NCBI GenBank assembly: GCA_029258725.1
Contig: JAPDKE010000019.1
Location: 11,033-75,032 of the forward strand
Source of the DNA: a bacterium
GTDB lineage: Bacteria > Hydrothermota > UBA3072 > JAPDKE01
DNA: 64,000 nucleotides
Direction: 5' to 3'
Positions 9,622 to 19,064 of this stretch are shown here, one piece after another (the stretch's first letter is position 1; each line of letters opens with the position of its first letter). The notes under the pieces are model-generated. The model was given only the letters and a program-made list of their open reading frames with translations, ran no database searches and was not told where the DNA came from. The translations under genes and the position numbers were made by a program.

Positions 9622-9891
9622 TTACTTCCTTAAACCCAGTTCCTTTATTATTCGCTGGTACCTCTCGTAGTCCTTGTTCATGAGATACTTCAGGAGTTTC
9701 TTTCTTCTGGATACAAGTTTTGTGAGACCAAGCCTTGTGTGATAGTCCTTTTTGTGGGTTTTGAGATGTTCTGTGAGATACTTTATCCTCTCGGTGAGGA
9801 TGGCAATCTGGACCTCAGGGGAACCCGTATCATTTTCATGAATCTGGAACTTCTTTATTATCTCCTGCTTCTTTTCCTTTGTGAGTGCCAT
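9622..9891 (-). CDS. rpsO: 30S ribosomal protein S15
   Basis: 89 aa, [56 protein letters not shown]. Confidence 0.97.
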   Translation of the reverse strand: MALTKEKKQEIIKKFQIHENDTGSPEVQIAILTERIKYLTEHLKTHKKDYHTRLGLTKLVSRRKKLLKYLMNKDYERYQRIIKELGLRK

Positions 9892-10731
9892 TTATACCTC
9901 CTTTGTTATTTCTGCTCTGTCCTTTTCAAGTTGCCTTTTTAAAGATTCCTCGTCCCCAAATGGAAAAACATCCCTTATCTTCCTCAAAAACTCGACCTCT
10001 ATTTTCTTTCCATAAAGTTCCCCATCAAAGCCCAGAATATGAACCTCGATGGATGACGTTCCCTTAAGATTCTTTCCTATGTGCATCATTCCCATAAAGA
10101 CCTCTTCATTCACCTTCACTCTCACCTTGTAAACCCCATCCCCTGGTATGAGCTTGTTGGGGTCGGGTATCTCAAGGTTTGCGGTTGGAAAACCTATCCT
10201 TCTTCCAAGTCCCTCTCCTCTCTTCACCACCCCTGAAAGGGTGTAATTCCTTTCAAGCAAAATGGATGCCTCTTTCACCTTACCCTCTTTTAAAAGCCTT
10301 CTTATCCTGGTGCTGCTCACCCTTTCTCCTCCGTGCATAACCGCAGGGACCACAACCACATCAAATCCGAATCTTTTGCCAAGTTCCTTTAACATCCCGG
10401 GGTCTCCCTTCTTTTCCTTTCCAAATCTGTGGTCGTCCCCTATCACCACCCTTGATGGTTTTATATCCATCAAAACCTTCTCAACAAACTCAACTGGTTC
10501 CATCTGCGCTATTTTTTCATCAAATTTGAGAAAGATGGCATCTATCCCCATTTCATCAAAAATTCTCTTTTTCTCCTCATCGGGTGTGAGAATAAACCTT
10601 CCCCTCTCAATTCCCAGGACTATTCTGGGATGAGGGGTGAATGTAAGAACGGAATCAGCAAATGCAAGAATTTTTCTGTGTCCCATGTGAATACCATCGA
10701 ATGAACCCATTGCAAGATTGCATCCCTTCAT
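9892..10731 (-). CDS. ribF: bifunctional riboflavin kinase / FMN adenylyltransferase
   Basis: 279 aa with GSFDGIHMGHRKIL (nucleotidyltransferase) and a C-terminal GFPTANL...VEVHILGFDGELYGK riboflavin kinase domain. truB-ribF synteny. Confidence 0.9.
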   Translation of the reverse strand: MKGCNLAMGSFDGIHMGHRKILAFADSVLTFTPHPRIVLGIERGRFILTPDEEKKRIFDEMGIDAIFLKFDEKIAQMEPVEFVEKVLMDIKPSRVVIGDDHRFGKEKKGDPGMLKELGKRFGFDVVVVPAVMHGGERVSSTRIRRLLKEGKVKEASILLERNYTLSGVVKRGEGLGRRIGFPTANLEIPDPNKLIPGDGVYKVRVKVNEEVFMGMMHIGKNLKGTSSIEVHILGFDGELYGKKIEVEFLRKIRDVFPFGDEESLKRQLEKDRAEITKEV

Positions 10732-11576
10732 CTCAGCACCTTCTCCGGTTTTATGTCCCTCACATGCCCTGAACCTATTCCTATGAGATGCCCATCAGGG
10801 TCACGAACCGCATAAATCCCGGGTGGATAAAATCCCTCAATCCTTCCTCCATGGCAGAATAACCATGCCTTCTCCCTTGAAAGGGTTGCACTCGGGAGAT
10901 GGGGAACCGCGTGGTCCAGCGGAATGAGTTCGTATCTTCCCTCAAGTATCTCATCAAGGGTGTATGCATTCTCAAGCCGGTAGGGAGAGACATACGTTCT
11001 TTTGAGTGCATAAAGATGCGCTCCACATCCCAGTTTATCCCCTATGTCTCTCGCAAGCGCCCTCACATATGCTCCCTTTTTCAGAAAGAATCTGAGAGTG
11101 AGAAAGGGCTTCTCCCAGGATATGAATTCTATGCTTTTCACAAACACCTTTCTTACAGGGGGTTCAACAGGAATTCCCTTTCTTGCAAGTTCGTAAAGCC
11201 TTTTTCCTTTTATTTTTACTGCTGAGTAAAGGGGAACACGCTGCTCTATCTCTCCTATAAATTCCCTTAATACTGCCCTTATTCTCTTTTCATCCAGGTC
11301 CGGAACCTCTTTCTCTTCAATCACCTTCCCTTCTATATCGTCGGTATCGGTTTTCACTCCCAGTTTCAGGGTCCCTATGTATTCCTTATATTCCCCTATG
11401 TAATCCATGAGCCTTGTTGCCTTTCCTATCAGAATAACAAGTAACCCCTCAGCCATGGGGTCAAGGGTCCCGGCATGACCTATCTTCTTCAGGCGGTATT
11501 TCCTCTTTATTAACTGGACAACCCTGAAGGAGGTAATTCCCTTCTTTTTATCAACCAGGAGGACGCCGTCTTCCAT
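10728..11576 (-). CDS. truB: tRNA pseudouridine(55) synthase
   Basis: 282 aa with GVLLVDKKKGITSFRVV and the catalytic-Asp motif HAGTLDPMAEGLLVIL. Confidence 0.92.
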   Translation of the reverse strand: MEDGVLLVDKKKGITSFRVVQLIKRKYRLKKIGHAGTLDPMAEGLLVILIGKATRLMDYIGEYKEYIGTLKLGVKTDTDDIEGKVIEEKEVPDLDEKRIRAVLREFIGEIEQRVPLYSAVKIKGKRLYELARKGIPVEPPVRKVFVKSIEFISWEKPFLTLRFFLKKGAYVRALARDIGDKLGCGAHLYALKRTYVSPYRLENAYTLDEILEGRYELIPLDHAVPHLPSATLSREKAWLFCHGGRIEGFYPPGIYAVRDPDGHLIGIGSGHVRDIKPEKVLR

Positions 11577-11578
11577 GT

Positions 11579-12556
11579 TCAGAATGAATACTCCGCTGAG
11601 AATCTGTAGTTACTTGTGGGGAAATCGTATATCTGACTGTCGACCCCTATATCAAACCTGAAGTTTTTGTATCCTATCCCGAAACCATAGGTCGGTCCCA
11701 CCCTTTCTCCGGTATGGTCCATAAAGAAACCTCCTCTAAGGGAGAGAAATTCGCCGTAGGAAAACTCAAGCCCCACCGCCTTCCATGTATCATCCCATTC
11801 ATACTTGAGGTTTGCGAAGTCTGGATTTACCACAATCTTGATAAGGTCCATGGTAAGAAGAAGGTGCAGGTATTCCTTTTTCAGAGGATACCATGCCATT
11901 CCAAGCCTGAGGGTTGTTGGAAGATGAACAGGGACACCGCCTGCAACATATCTCATTGTTGGACCCACATTCTGTAAAGCCATTCCCACGGAAAGTCTTG
12001 GATTTATTCGGTGAATCATAGAGAAGTCAATTGCCACATCCATTCCCTTTCCACCACGCACACCAAGTAATTCAAGAACAAGCCATTCGGGTGCAAGGTA
12101 TGAATATATGTACTGGCACGAGACTCCGACTGCGGTTCTCTCTGTTAATTTTCTTGCATACGTAACCTTTATGGAGAAGTCAAAGGGAACAAACTTTGCC
12201 GTTACTTCCTCATCTTCACCGGTTACCTCAAATTCTCCGGTGGTGAGGTATATGGCATTTACTCCCCACACTCCTGAAACCGCAGGTATCACTGCCCCCG
12301 CATATTCGTAGTACATTCCAGGATAAAGGCCAGGGAGCCAGTTGGAGTGCTGGAGGGCTATTCTCTTTTTGGTTGCAAAAGCCACACCAGCAGGGTTGTA
12401 GTAGAGTGAGTAGGCGTCGTCTGCCATTGCAACAAACGCCCCTGCCATTGCAGTCTGCCTTGCTCCAGGAAAGATGCACAAAAACACTGCTCCTGCCTCA
12501 AATGAATCTGCCAGTAACACTCCTCCACAAAGCAGGAGCAATCCTGCCCTTCTCAT
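11579..12556 (-). CDS. outer-membrane beta-barrel, PorV/PorQ (FadL-like, UPF0164-like) family candidate
   Basis: 325 aa with a signal peptide. GARQTAMAGAFVAMADDAYSLYYNPAGVAF resembles the PorV N-terminal signature. Ends in an aromatic residue (..RFSAEYSF). Confidence 0.55.
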   Translation of the reverse strand: MRRAGLLLLCGGVLLADSFEAGAVFLCIFPGARQTAMAGAFVAMADDAYSLYYNPAGVAFATKKRIALQHSNWLPGLYPGMYYEYAGAVIPAVSGVWGVNAIYLTTGEFEVTGEDEEVTAKFVPFDFSIKVTYARKLTERTAVGVSCQYIYSYLAPEWLVLELLGVRGGKGMDVAIDFSMIHRINPRLSVGMALQNVGPTMRYVAGGVPVHLPTTLRLGMAWYPLKKEYLHLLLTMDLIKIVVNPDFANLKYEWDDTWKAVGLEFSYGEFLSLRGGFFMDHTGERVGPTYGFGIGYKNFRFDIGVDSQIYDFPTSNYRFSAEYSF

Positions 12557-12579
12557 CCTTTTCCTCCTGTTTTTTTATG

Positions 12580-12608
12580 AATTTAATAACGTAAGTAAAC
12601 AGTGTCAA
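12580..12608 (-). promoter_or_regulatory. sigma70-type promoter for the PorV-like gene (TTGACA-17-TAAATT)
   Basis: The minus strand reads TTGACActgtttacttacgttatTAAATT, followed by cAGGAGGaaaaggATG. Confidence 0.45.
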
Positions 12609-12610
12609 GT

Positions 12611-13210
12611 TCATCTCCTTCTTTTCGGGGCTATCACAACCTTCTTCAGGTCTCCCTCCCCTATGGTGTATGTCCTCACACCTTCCTTGCCTGCAAGTTC
12701 TAAATGAATTACCCTTCTGAACGATGGAGGGAGTGGCTCAAATATGTATTCAATTCCTGTCCTCTTCACCTCCTCTGCAAAGGCACGCGCCTTGGCACGT
12801 AAAAACCTTTCTCTCTTCTCCCTGTATCCCGCTATATCAATGACCACATCAATCTTCGGATTCCTCTTGTGTATCATTCTTGCCAGCAAATGCTGGACAG
12901 CCTCAAGGTTCTTCCCTGCCTTTCCTATAAGAATGCTGTCCATCTCCCCGGTCACTATGTTTGCATAGTAAACCCCTTCTCTCTCAATAACCTCAACACC
13001 ACCTGTGGTTCCCATGCTTTTTATAAAACCTTCAATCACCTCTTTTATAAGTTTCACCTCCTCCGCCTTTATACCAACCTCAAGGACAACCCTGTCCTCT
13101 CCCTCCTCAACAACCTTCACCCTCACCTCATGCTCGGAGGCACCGAGTTCCTCAAGCGCCTTTTTCAGTGCCTCTTCTCTTGTTTTTCCTTCCACCGTTA
13201 AAATCTTCAT
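12611..13210 (-). CDS. jag: Jag/KhpB RNA-binding protein (Jag_N, KH, R3H)
   Basis: About 199 aa. C-terminal R3H-like region (FEPLPPSFRRVIHLEL). Downstream of yidC. Start chosen at ATG 13210 (cAGGAGGTGagcATG) rather than the track GTG at 13216. Confidence 0.85.
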   Translation of the reverse strand: MKILTVEGKTREEALKKALEELGASEHEVRVKVVEEGEDRVVLEVGIKAEEVKLIKEVIEGFIKSMGTTGGVEVIEREGVYYANIVTGEMDSILIGKAGKNLEAVQHLLARMIHKRNPKIDVVIDIAGYREKRERFLRAKARAFAEEVKRTGIEYIFEPLPPSFRRVIHLELAGKEGVRTYTIGEGDLKKVVIAPKRRR

Positions 13211-14693
13211 GCTCACCTCCTGTGGGTTTCTGGATGAATGCCTGGATGCCTATCATCAAAAGATTATAAACAAACCAGTAAAGCACAAGCCCTGCAGGGA
13301 AGGTCGCAAAGAAGATGGTGAATATGATGGGTGTGAGATAGGACATCATTCGCTGCTCGGGGTTTGCTCCCTGCGGGCTGAAAAATCTCTGCTGGATAAG
13401 CATGGTCGCTCCCATGAGGATGGGCAAAACAAAGAAAGGATCCCTCTGGGAGAGGTCATTTATCCATCCAAAGAAGGGTGCTTTCCAGAGTTCTATGGAA
13501 GAAGAAAGAACAGCATACATTGCGAAAAATATGGGAAACTGAATGAACATGGGGAAACATCCTGAAAATGGATTCACCCCCTCCTTCTGATAGAGTGCCA
13601 TTATCTCCTGATGGAGCCTCTTAGGGTCCTTTTTGTATTTTTTCTTGAGTTCCTCCATCTTTTTCTGTATCTTTCTCATCTTCTTCATTGAGCGGAAACT
13701 CAATAAATTGAGAGGAGTAAGTATTACAACGATTGTCAGGGCAAAGAGAATAATTACAACCCCATAGTTTGGAATGAAACGGTGAAGGAAAACAAGGTAA
13801 TGGAATATGAGTTTGCTTATTGGTCTCACCCAGTTGTATCCGAAGTGGATTGCATTGTCAAGGGTGGGATAAACACGCTTGAGGGTATGGTATTCAAGAG
13901 GACCAAGATAGCACGTGAATTTTGAGGATGGTGATACTATTATGGTCTTCACATCGTTTCCAACTCTTTCAAATATTCCCTCCTCTCCCACAGTCTCGGG
14001 AACTGAAAGGACTGCAAAGTATTTTGATTTCACCCCTCCCCATTCAACAGCACCCGGGTAGGATACCTTCCTCTTCTTTATCCTTGCCTCAACAAGATTC
14101 AGGACAACCTTCCCACCCAGGAATATTATCCCTCCCCTGTGCCTTGAAAGGTCAGGAACGGTCTCTGTTGTGGCATAGGAAAAAATCTCAAGGTATGTCC
14201 TCCCTGCTCCGGGAAGTTCAAGGGCGAAGGAATAGGATGTATCGGTGAAGGTATAAATCTTCTCAAAGGAAAGGGTGTCGGTTTTATAGAAAAATATTAC
14301 CCTTTTCCCTGATGGGATATCCTCCACCTTCATCTGAAAGGGAAGTTGTGATGTATCGTAAATCTTTGAACCCTTCACCATCTTTGTTCCAAAGAATCCT
14401 CCAGGAGATGTTATCTCTATCCCGTACTTTTTAATCCTTGCCCTCACAATCCTTCCACCCATAGGAGAAAAGTAGATGTTAAGAAGTGGAGTTTCAAACG
14501 GTATTTCCTCAACCTCCGGTTCCTCACCCTTTATTACCACCTCCTGGGGCTCAGAGGCTCTTATCTCCTCCTTCTTCACCGTTTCAGGAGGTTTGAATTT
14601 TTCAGGGTGTTTCTTCACAAGATAAAGGTTGTAGAGATATAGGAGAAGTAAAGAAAGGAAAAAGGCAAGGAAGAGTCTCTTTGCCTCGTTCAT
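13152..14693 (-). CDS. yidC: membrane protein insertase YidC
   Basis: 513 aa. N-terminal TM helix, periplasmic domain, and the conserved core (..NYGVVIILFALTIVVILTPLN..KEGVNPFSGCFPMFIQFPIFFAMY..). Confidence 0.93.
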   Translation of the reverse strand: MNEAKRLFLAFFLSLLLLYLYNLYLVKKHPEKFKPPETVKKEEIRASEPQEVVIKGEEPEVEEIPFETPLLNIYFSPMGGRIVRARIKKYGIEITSPGGFFGTKMVKGSKIYDTSQLPFQMKVEDIPSGKRVIFFYKTDTLSFEKIYTFTDTSYSFALELPGAGRTYLEIFSYATTETVPDLSRHRGGIIFLGGKVVLNLVEARIKKRKVSYPGAVEWGGVKSKYFAVLSVPETVGEEGIFERVGNDVKTIIVSPSSKFTCYLGPLEYHTLKRVYPTLDNAIHFGYNWVRPISKLIFHYLVFLHRFIPNYGVVIILFALTIVVILTPLNLLSFRSMKKMRKIQKKMEELKKKYKKDPKRLHQEIMALYQKEGVNPFSGCFPMFIQFPIFFAMYAVLSSSIELWKAPFFGWINDLSQRDPFFVLPILMGATMLIQQRFFSPQGANPEQRMMSYLTPIIFTIFFATFPAGLVLYWFVYNLLMIGIQAFIQKPTGGEHEDFNGGRKNKRRGTEKGA

Positions 14694-14696
14694 TTT

Positions 14697-14906
14697 TCAC
14701 CTCACGGGGTCGTATCCACCGGGATTAAAGGGATTGCATCTCAGAACTCTCCAGAGTGCCATCCATCCTCCCTTCCATATTCCGTATCTTGATATCGCCT
14801 CTCTTGCATATTCCGAACATGATGGGTAGAACCTGCATGAACCCGGAAGATAGGGTGAAAGGAAGACCTGATAAAAAGATATGAGTTTCAGGATGGACCT
14901 TTCCAG
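14697..14906 (-). CDS. yidD: membrane protein insertion efficiency factor YidD (start codon unresolved)
   Basis: Conserved core [64 protein letters not shown]. No ATG/GTG/TTG lies in frame between the rnpA-overlapping region and the core. CTG 14906 and ATA 14909 follow an AGGAGG. The 166-aa track ORF is an artefactual upstream extension. Confidence 0.8.
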   Translation of the reverse strand: MERSILKLISFYQVFLSPYLPGSCRFYPSCSEYAREAISRYGIWKGGWMALWRVLRCNPFNPGGYDPVR

Positions 14907-15247
14907 TATCCTCCTTTTTTCAATAGACCCAGGAACTCCTCCCGGAGTTCCCAGTACGTCTTCTCCAGGGCTTCCTTTCCAACCACCACAACTATCTCTA
15001 TTCCATCCTCCATCCATTTCTTTTCCTTCCGGTATATCTCCCTCAACCTCCTCCTCAGTTTGTTTCTCTTCACCCCACCCTTTATTTTCTTTGTCAGTAT
15101 TCCAAATCTCCTTCGCTCCGCCCTTCTTATAAAAAGTGTAAAAAAAGAACCTCGGAGACTTTCTCCTTCCCTCAAAACCCTCTCGATTTCCTTCCATTTG
15201 CTTATCCTTTCCTCTTTTGGGAATCTTTCTAAACCGTCAGTCTCCAC
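14888..15247 (-). CDS. rnpA: ribonuclease P protein component
   Basis: 119 aa, basic, ..[26 protein letters not shown].. GTG start. Lies between rpmH and yidD. Confidence 0.88.
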   Translation of the reverse strand: METDGLERFPKEERISKWKEIERVLREGESLRGSFFTLFIRRAERRRFGILTKKIKGGVKRNKLRRRLREIYRKEKKWMEDGIEIVVVVGKEALEKTYWELREEFLGLLKKGGYWKGPS

Positions 15248-15363
15248 CTACCCTTCTGTCTCCTCCTTTTTAAGACTTTTCTTCCTGCACGGGTGGACAT
15301 CCTCTTCCTGAACCCGTGTGTTCTTTTCCGCTTCAGATTGTGCGGTTGATAGGTGCGCTTCAT
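15229..15363 (-). CDS. rpmH: 50S ribosomal protein L34
   Basis: Below the ORF-track size cutoff. Hand translation gives [44 protein letters not shown] (44 aa), with a GGAGG SD 6 nt upstream. Overlaps the rnpA start by 19 nt. Confidence 0.93.
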   Translation of the reverse strand: MKRTYQPHNLKRKRTHGFRKRMSTRAGRKVLKRRRQKGRWRLTV

Positions 15364-15385
15364 CCACTACCTCCTTTTTTCCTGA

Positions 15386-15414
15386 AAAATACAAAAAAAG
15401 TGCCAGAATGTCAA
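15386..15414 (-). promoter_or_regulatory. sigma70-type promoter for rpmH-rnpA-yidD-yidC-jag (TTGACA-17-TATTTT)
   Basis: The minus strand reads cCTTGACAttctggcactttttttgTATTTTtcaggaaaaaaGGAGGtagtggATG. Confidence 0.5.
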
Positions 15415-15592
15415 GGAAAAATGGGAAATCATTTGAGAATCCCGAAAAGATAACAAAGGGAAAGTCCCTTTTAACCCGGGTTCAAGAACAAAGGAATTCT
15501 ATCCTCTGGAAACCGGAGAGGCAAAACCTCGGGTGGTCGGAACCCATCCTGCAATCTCTCCCCTGCTGTTTCTGGATTTGAGGTATCGGACT

Positions 15593-16747
15593 TCAGATGT
15601 GTAAAACACCTGTTTTTATCTTTAACAGTTCCTCAATGGTCGTGATTATATTCCTGCATCCATTTAAAGAGAGTCTTCCCAGAGCCTTTGCATTTTCCTT
15701 CATATTTTCGATGGTGGAGTGGGAGGAAAGTATATACCTTAAAGCATCCCCTGCTTCTTCGGCTCTCTTTATCCATATCCCGGCTCCCTTTTCCTCAAGA
15801 AATTTAGCAAACCTTATCTCCTGCATTGAACCTGCCAGGGGAGTAATTACAACCATGGGTTTTCCAAGAGAAAGGCTCTCTGCCATTGTAACAGAACCTG
15901 GTTTACTTACAACAACATCCGACATCCACATCATTTTCTCTATCTCTTCAACAAGCCCAAAAATATGAACATTTTTCCTGCCTCTGAACACCTCCTCTGC
16001 CTCTCTCCTTCCTTTTTCGTTCTTGCCAAATACTGCAAGTATTTCGGCAAAAGGGACTCTCTCCAGCACGTTCTTTATAACTTTTTTAAAGTCTACCATT
16101 GTGCCCAACAATCCACCCATCAGAAGAACAACCTTGGCATCCGGTGAAATACCAATCTCCTCCCTGAGCTTTTCAGGAGGAATATTTATAATTTGTGAAA
16201 AACCCTTCCTGAGAGGCATTCCTGTAACAGTAAATTTGTCTGAGGGAACATTATAATGGAGCATCTCCTGAACCATGGATTCATGAGGAAGAAAATAATG
16301 AATTATTTCATCATGAAGCCACAGGGCATGCAGGGCGAGGTCAATTATAACCGAAAAAATGGGGGCCTTAAACCATTTGCTCAGACAGTGAGAGAATGCA
16401 TTAACCTCGGGCTGGATTGAAACAATAATATCGGGACTGCCGTATTTTTTTGTGAGTTTTCCCTTTATATCATCCCATGCAAATATTATGGAAGTAAGGA
16501 TACGATATGCACCAATGAATACATAATCCTTTTGCTGCAGCCGTCTGTATCCCATTTTCCACACACTTCTTAACTTAAGGTCACCGATTCTTCCCACTGT
16601 ATCAAAAACAGAAGCCACAGGAGCATAATCCAGAAGGTTAATCACAAATACCTCATGGGAGGTATTTTCCCTTATATATTCTTTCAGGGCTAAAGAAGGA
16701 TATCTGTGCCCTCCCTTCCGTGAACTGTAAAGTATCCATATTTTCAT
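15593..16747 (-). CDS. glycosyltransferase, MGDG-synthase / GT28 (UgtP/MurG-like) family
   Basis: 384 aa. N-terminal MKIWILYSSRKGGHRYPSLAL and a C-terminal GT-B half (..VVSKPGSVTMAESLSLGKPMVVI..). Confidence 0.75.
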   Translation of the reverse strand: MKIWILYSSRKGGHRYPSLALKEYIRENTSHEVFVINLLDYAPVASVFDTVGRIGDLKLRSVWKMGYRRLQQKDYVFIGAYRILTSIIFAWDDIKGKLTKKYGSPDIIVSIQPEVNAFSHCLSKWFKAPIFSVIIDLALHALWLHDEIIHYFLPHESMVQEMLHYNVPSDKFTVTGMPLRKGFSQIINIPPEKLREEIGISPDAKVVLLMGGLLGTMVDFKKVIKNVLERVPFAEILAVFGKNEKGRREAEEVFRGRKNVHIFGLVEEIEKMMWMSDVVVSKPGSVTMAESLSLGKPMVVITPLAGSMQEIRFAKFLEEKGAGIWIKRAEEAGDALRYILSSHSTIENMKENAKALGRLSLNGCRNIITTIEELLKIKTGVLHI

Positions 16748-16889
16748 GGGGAGGAGTTTATAAAATTTTTAAAAAAAGTCAAGACGGCCAATAAAAATAT
16801 CGCACAATGATACACCGGAGAGGAATAATTCTGAAAGGGGGGAGGAAGCAGTCCCTTTTGCATGATGGAAGATAACATGGATACCGGGG

Positions 16890-18182
16890 TTACCTGAGTG
16901 CCCATTTCCAGAAAGGAACAAACCTTATTCTTTTCCCTTCCACTGTCTCTTCCTTCTCGTAATTTTCGGTTATTACGAGTCCTTCTTTGAGTGTGAATTC
17001 CTTCATTGCCTTTATCAGCGCCCTTATTTCCCTTTTTCCTGTCTCTTTTTCTCTTACATCGTAGCAAACCTGAATGAGTTCCACTGGAGTAAAATTTTCA
17101 ACCACAACAAAATCCACCTCCTCTCCCCTCTCTCCCTTCCAGTAAAAGACCTCCCTTTCTTTTCTTTTCAGTTCAAGAAATACTGCATTTTCTAAAAGAT
17201 TACCCATGTTAACCTTCAAACGGAAATACCCCAGATTTACAATTCCGGTATCAATACAGTAGATTTTCTTGGGATACTGCATTCTGTCTTTTAACTTGTA
17301 TGAAAAAATCTCCACACCGGACATAATAAATGCCTTCATTGCATAGTTCAGATATTCAAGCAGGGTATTTTTTGTGATTTTAAATCCAAGTCCATACATG
17401 AAGTTCAGCGCCTTCTTCATACTTAAAAGAGAAGAAGCCTCACGAAGGAGAAACCTCAAAAATGTTTCAAATTCAGTAACTTTTCTTATAGAAAATTTCT
17501 CCACAACATCACGATAGAATATGGTGATAAAGTAAGAAGAAAGTATCTCTCTCTTTTCTCTTTTTCCAGAAGCAAGAACCACTTCGGGAAATCCTCCAAA
17601 CATAAGGAACTCACGGAACAGTTGAAGGAGTTCAGGAGGGGCAAATTTTATCTCTCCTGAAACCGAAAAATTTTTAAACATGAGGAACTCCTTAAAGCCG
17701 AGTGGATAGACCCTTTTAAATAACACCCTCCCTGCAAGCCTGGAAGGAATCTCCTCAAGCCCTGCAGATGAGCCTGTAAATACCACTCTCGCAACCTTTC
17801 GGTCAATGAGACCTCCAACGCATCTTTCCCATCCCGGAACCCTCTCCACTTCATCCAGCAACAACCACAATGGAGCATCCTTTCTAACTTCAAAATATTC
17901 ATGTAGCAATGGCACAAGGTCTTTCAGGTCATCTTCCTTTACCGGAAAAAGCCTCTCATCCTCAAAATTGACATATACAACATTATGGAGAGGAAACCTC
18001 TTTCTCAATTCCTCCGCAAACTCAAGCAACGCATACGTCTTTCCCCCTCTCCTCACACCAACAAGCGCAACCCCCATTCCCGAAGGAAAAGAAGAAAAAG
18101 ACACTATCTCCCGCCTCACCAGAGGAGGAACAGGAGAACGGAACCACTCCTCCAACAAAAGCCACAATTTTTCATTCATCAC
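16890..18182 (-). CDS. AAA-family ATPase with a DUF4143 C-terminal domain
   Basis: 430 aa. Walker A VGVRRGGKTYAL and Walker B LWLLLDEV. The C-terminal half is typical of the AAA_14/DUF4143 architecture. Confidence 0.8.
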   Translation of the reverse strand: MMNEKLWLLLEEWFRSPVPPLVRREIVSFSSFPSGMGVALVGVRRGGKTYALLEFAEELRKRFPLHNVVYVNFEDERLFPVKEDDLKDLVPLLHEYFEVRKDAPLWLLLDEVERVPGWERCVGGLIDRKVARVVFTGSSAGLEEIPSRLAGRVLFKRVYPLGFKEFLMFKNFSVSGEIKFAPPELLQLFREFLMFGGFPEVVLASGKREKREILSSYFITIFYRDVVEKFSIRKVTEFETFLRFLLREASSLLSMKKALNFMYGLGFKITKNTLLEYLNYAMKAFIMSGVEIFSYKLKDRMQYPKKIYCIDTGIVNLGYFRLKVNMGNLLENAVFLELKRKEREVFYWKGERGEEVDFVVVENFTPVELIQVCYDVREKETGKREIRALIKAMKEFTLKEGLVITENYEKEETVEGKRIRFVPFWKWALR

Positions 18183-18187
18183 AATAT

Positions 18188-18216
18188 ATTATACACTATT
18201 TAATGAAAATTGTCAA
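18188..18216 (-). promoter_or_regulatory. consensus sigma70 promoter (TTGACA-17-TATAAT) abutting the ATPase start codon
   Basis: The minus strand reads TTGACAattttcattaaatagtgTATAATatattGTGATG. Only 5 nt separate the -10 box from GTG 18182 / ATG 18179, and there is no SD. Confidence 0.55.
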
Positions 18217-18245
18217 GTACAGTACTCAATTTTTGTAAAAAATCG

Positions 18246-19064
18246 TTAAATATAATTCACGATAAGATGCGTTCCGTCGCATGTGGGTCCTGTGTTGAGT
18301 TCCGGGAATCCTTCCCTGCAGGAGGAAAATGTAAGTCCTCTCTCCTCTGTCTTTTCCTGTGCCATTTCAATTATCTCTCTTCTTATCTCTTCCTTCATAT
18401 AGTTTCCTGAATAAAGGGACAAATCAATGTGTTTTTTTATCTCGCTTCCCCGGTAGAGTTTGAGGGTGGAGACAATTATATGGGAGGCATAGGGTGCAAC
18501 TGCATCCAGGATTTTTTCGAATTCCCTCAGATTTATTCCCGGGATTAAAGGGTCTATCCTCACGGATACGGGAATCCCCTCCTGCGCAAGGATTTTCAGG
18601 GCATTTAATCTTTCCTGAGGAGGGGGTGCCCCTGGTTCTATAAAAGAGGAAATTTCCTCTCTCAGGGTGGTTATGGTTAAACTCACGGTAAATCCATACC
18701 TTCCTATTATATCCACATCCCTTAAAACGAGCGGTGATTTCGTTACAACAATTGCCTTACCTTTGTTTTTTCCCGTTATCTCAAGTGCCCTCCGGGTGAG
18801 CATGAGTTCCTTCTCAAGTGGCTGATACGGGTCGGAACTGTTGGAAAAAGAAAGGGGTAGAGAAAGGTCTGCTTTTTTTATCTCTCTTTCAAACTGCCTC
18901 AAAAAGTTTTTCTTTGGTCTCCCTCTTTTATAATCAGGAACGTATGCAACCGTATAGCAGTAAACACACGCATGAGAACACCCGGTATAGGGCTGAACGG
19001 AATATTTCGGAGGGCATGTGCAGAGTTTTCCCTTCCAGGGGTCAAACCTGCTTATCACACTCAT
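18246..19064 (-). CDS. radical SAM protein (SPL / DNA-photolyase-like COG1533 type)
   Basis: 272 aa with a CSHACVYCY (CxxxCxxC) cluster motif near the N-terminus. 4-nt overlap with the upstream M50 protease gene. Confidence 0.75.
   Translation of the reverse strand: MSVISRFDPWKGKLCTCPPKYSVQPYTGCSHACVYCYTVAYVPDYKRGRPKKNFLRQFEREIKKADLSLPLSFSNSSDPYQPLEKELMLTRRALEITGKNKGKAIVVTKSPLVLRDVDIIGRYGFTVSLTITTLREEISSFIEPGAPPPQERLNALKILAQEGIPVSVRIDPLIPGINLREFEKILDAVAPYASHIIVSTLKLYRGSEIKKHIDLSLYSGNYMKEEIRREIIEMAQEKTEERGLTFSSCREGFPELNTGPTCDGTHLIVNYI

Noticed and set aside
7533-9683. Long plus-strand ORFs (252 aa at 7533..8291; 420 aa at 8421..9683)
   Set aside because: They lie entirely antisense to the unambiguous pnp gene. 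Their composition is low-complexity (L/S/P/Y/H-rich), there is no SD and no recognisable family. These are shadow ORFs.
14697-15197. 166-aa version of the yidD ORF from the track
   Set aside because: Its N-terminal ~95 codons overlap rnpA and rpmH out of frame and encode G/E/K/W-rich nonsense. Only the C-terminal ~70 aa match YidD.
15415-15592. oriC or an ncRNA in the 170-nt spacer upstream of the rpmH promoter
   Set aside because: The rpmH-rnpA-yidC context often neighbours dnaA/oriC. Here there is no dnaA gene, no TTATCCACA-type DnaA boxes and no AT-rich unwinding element. I found only weak hairpins (for example AAAGGGA-aag-TCCCTTT at ~15455..15471) and no motif matching SRP, 6S or tmRNA. 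It is most likely a 3' UTR or weak terminator of the glycosyltransferase gene.
16744-17067. 107-aa minus-strand ORF overlapping the 3' end of the AAA ATPase gene
   Set aside because: It overlaps a well-supported CDS in another frame, is a K/R-rich low-complexity sequence, and has no SD. The real intergenic region instead holds the glycosyltransferase promoter.
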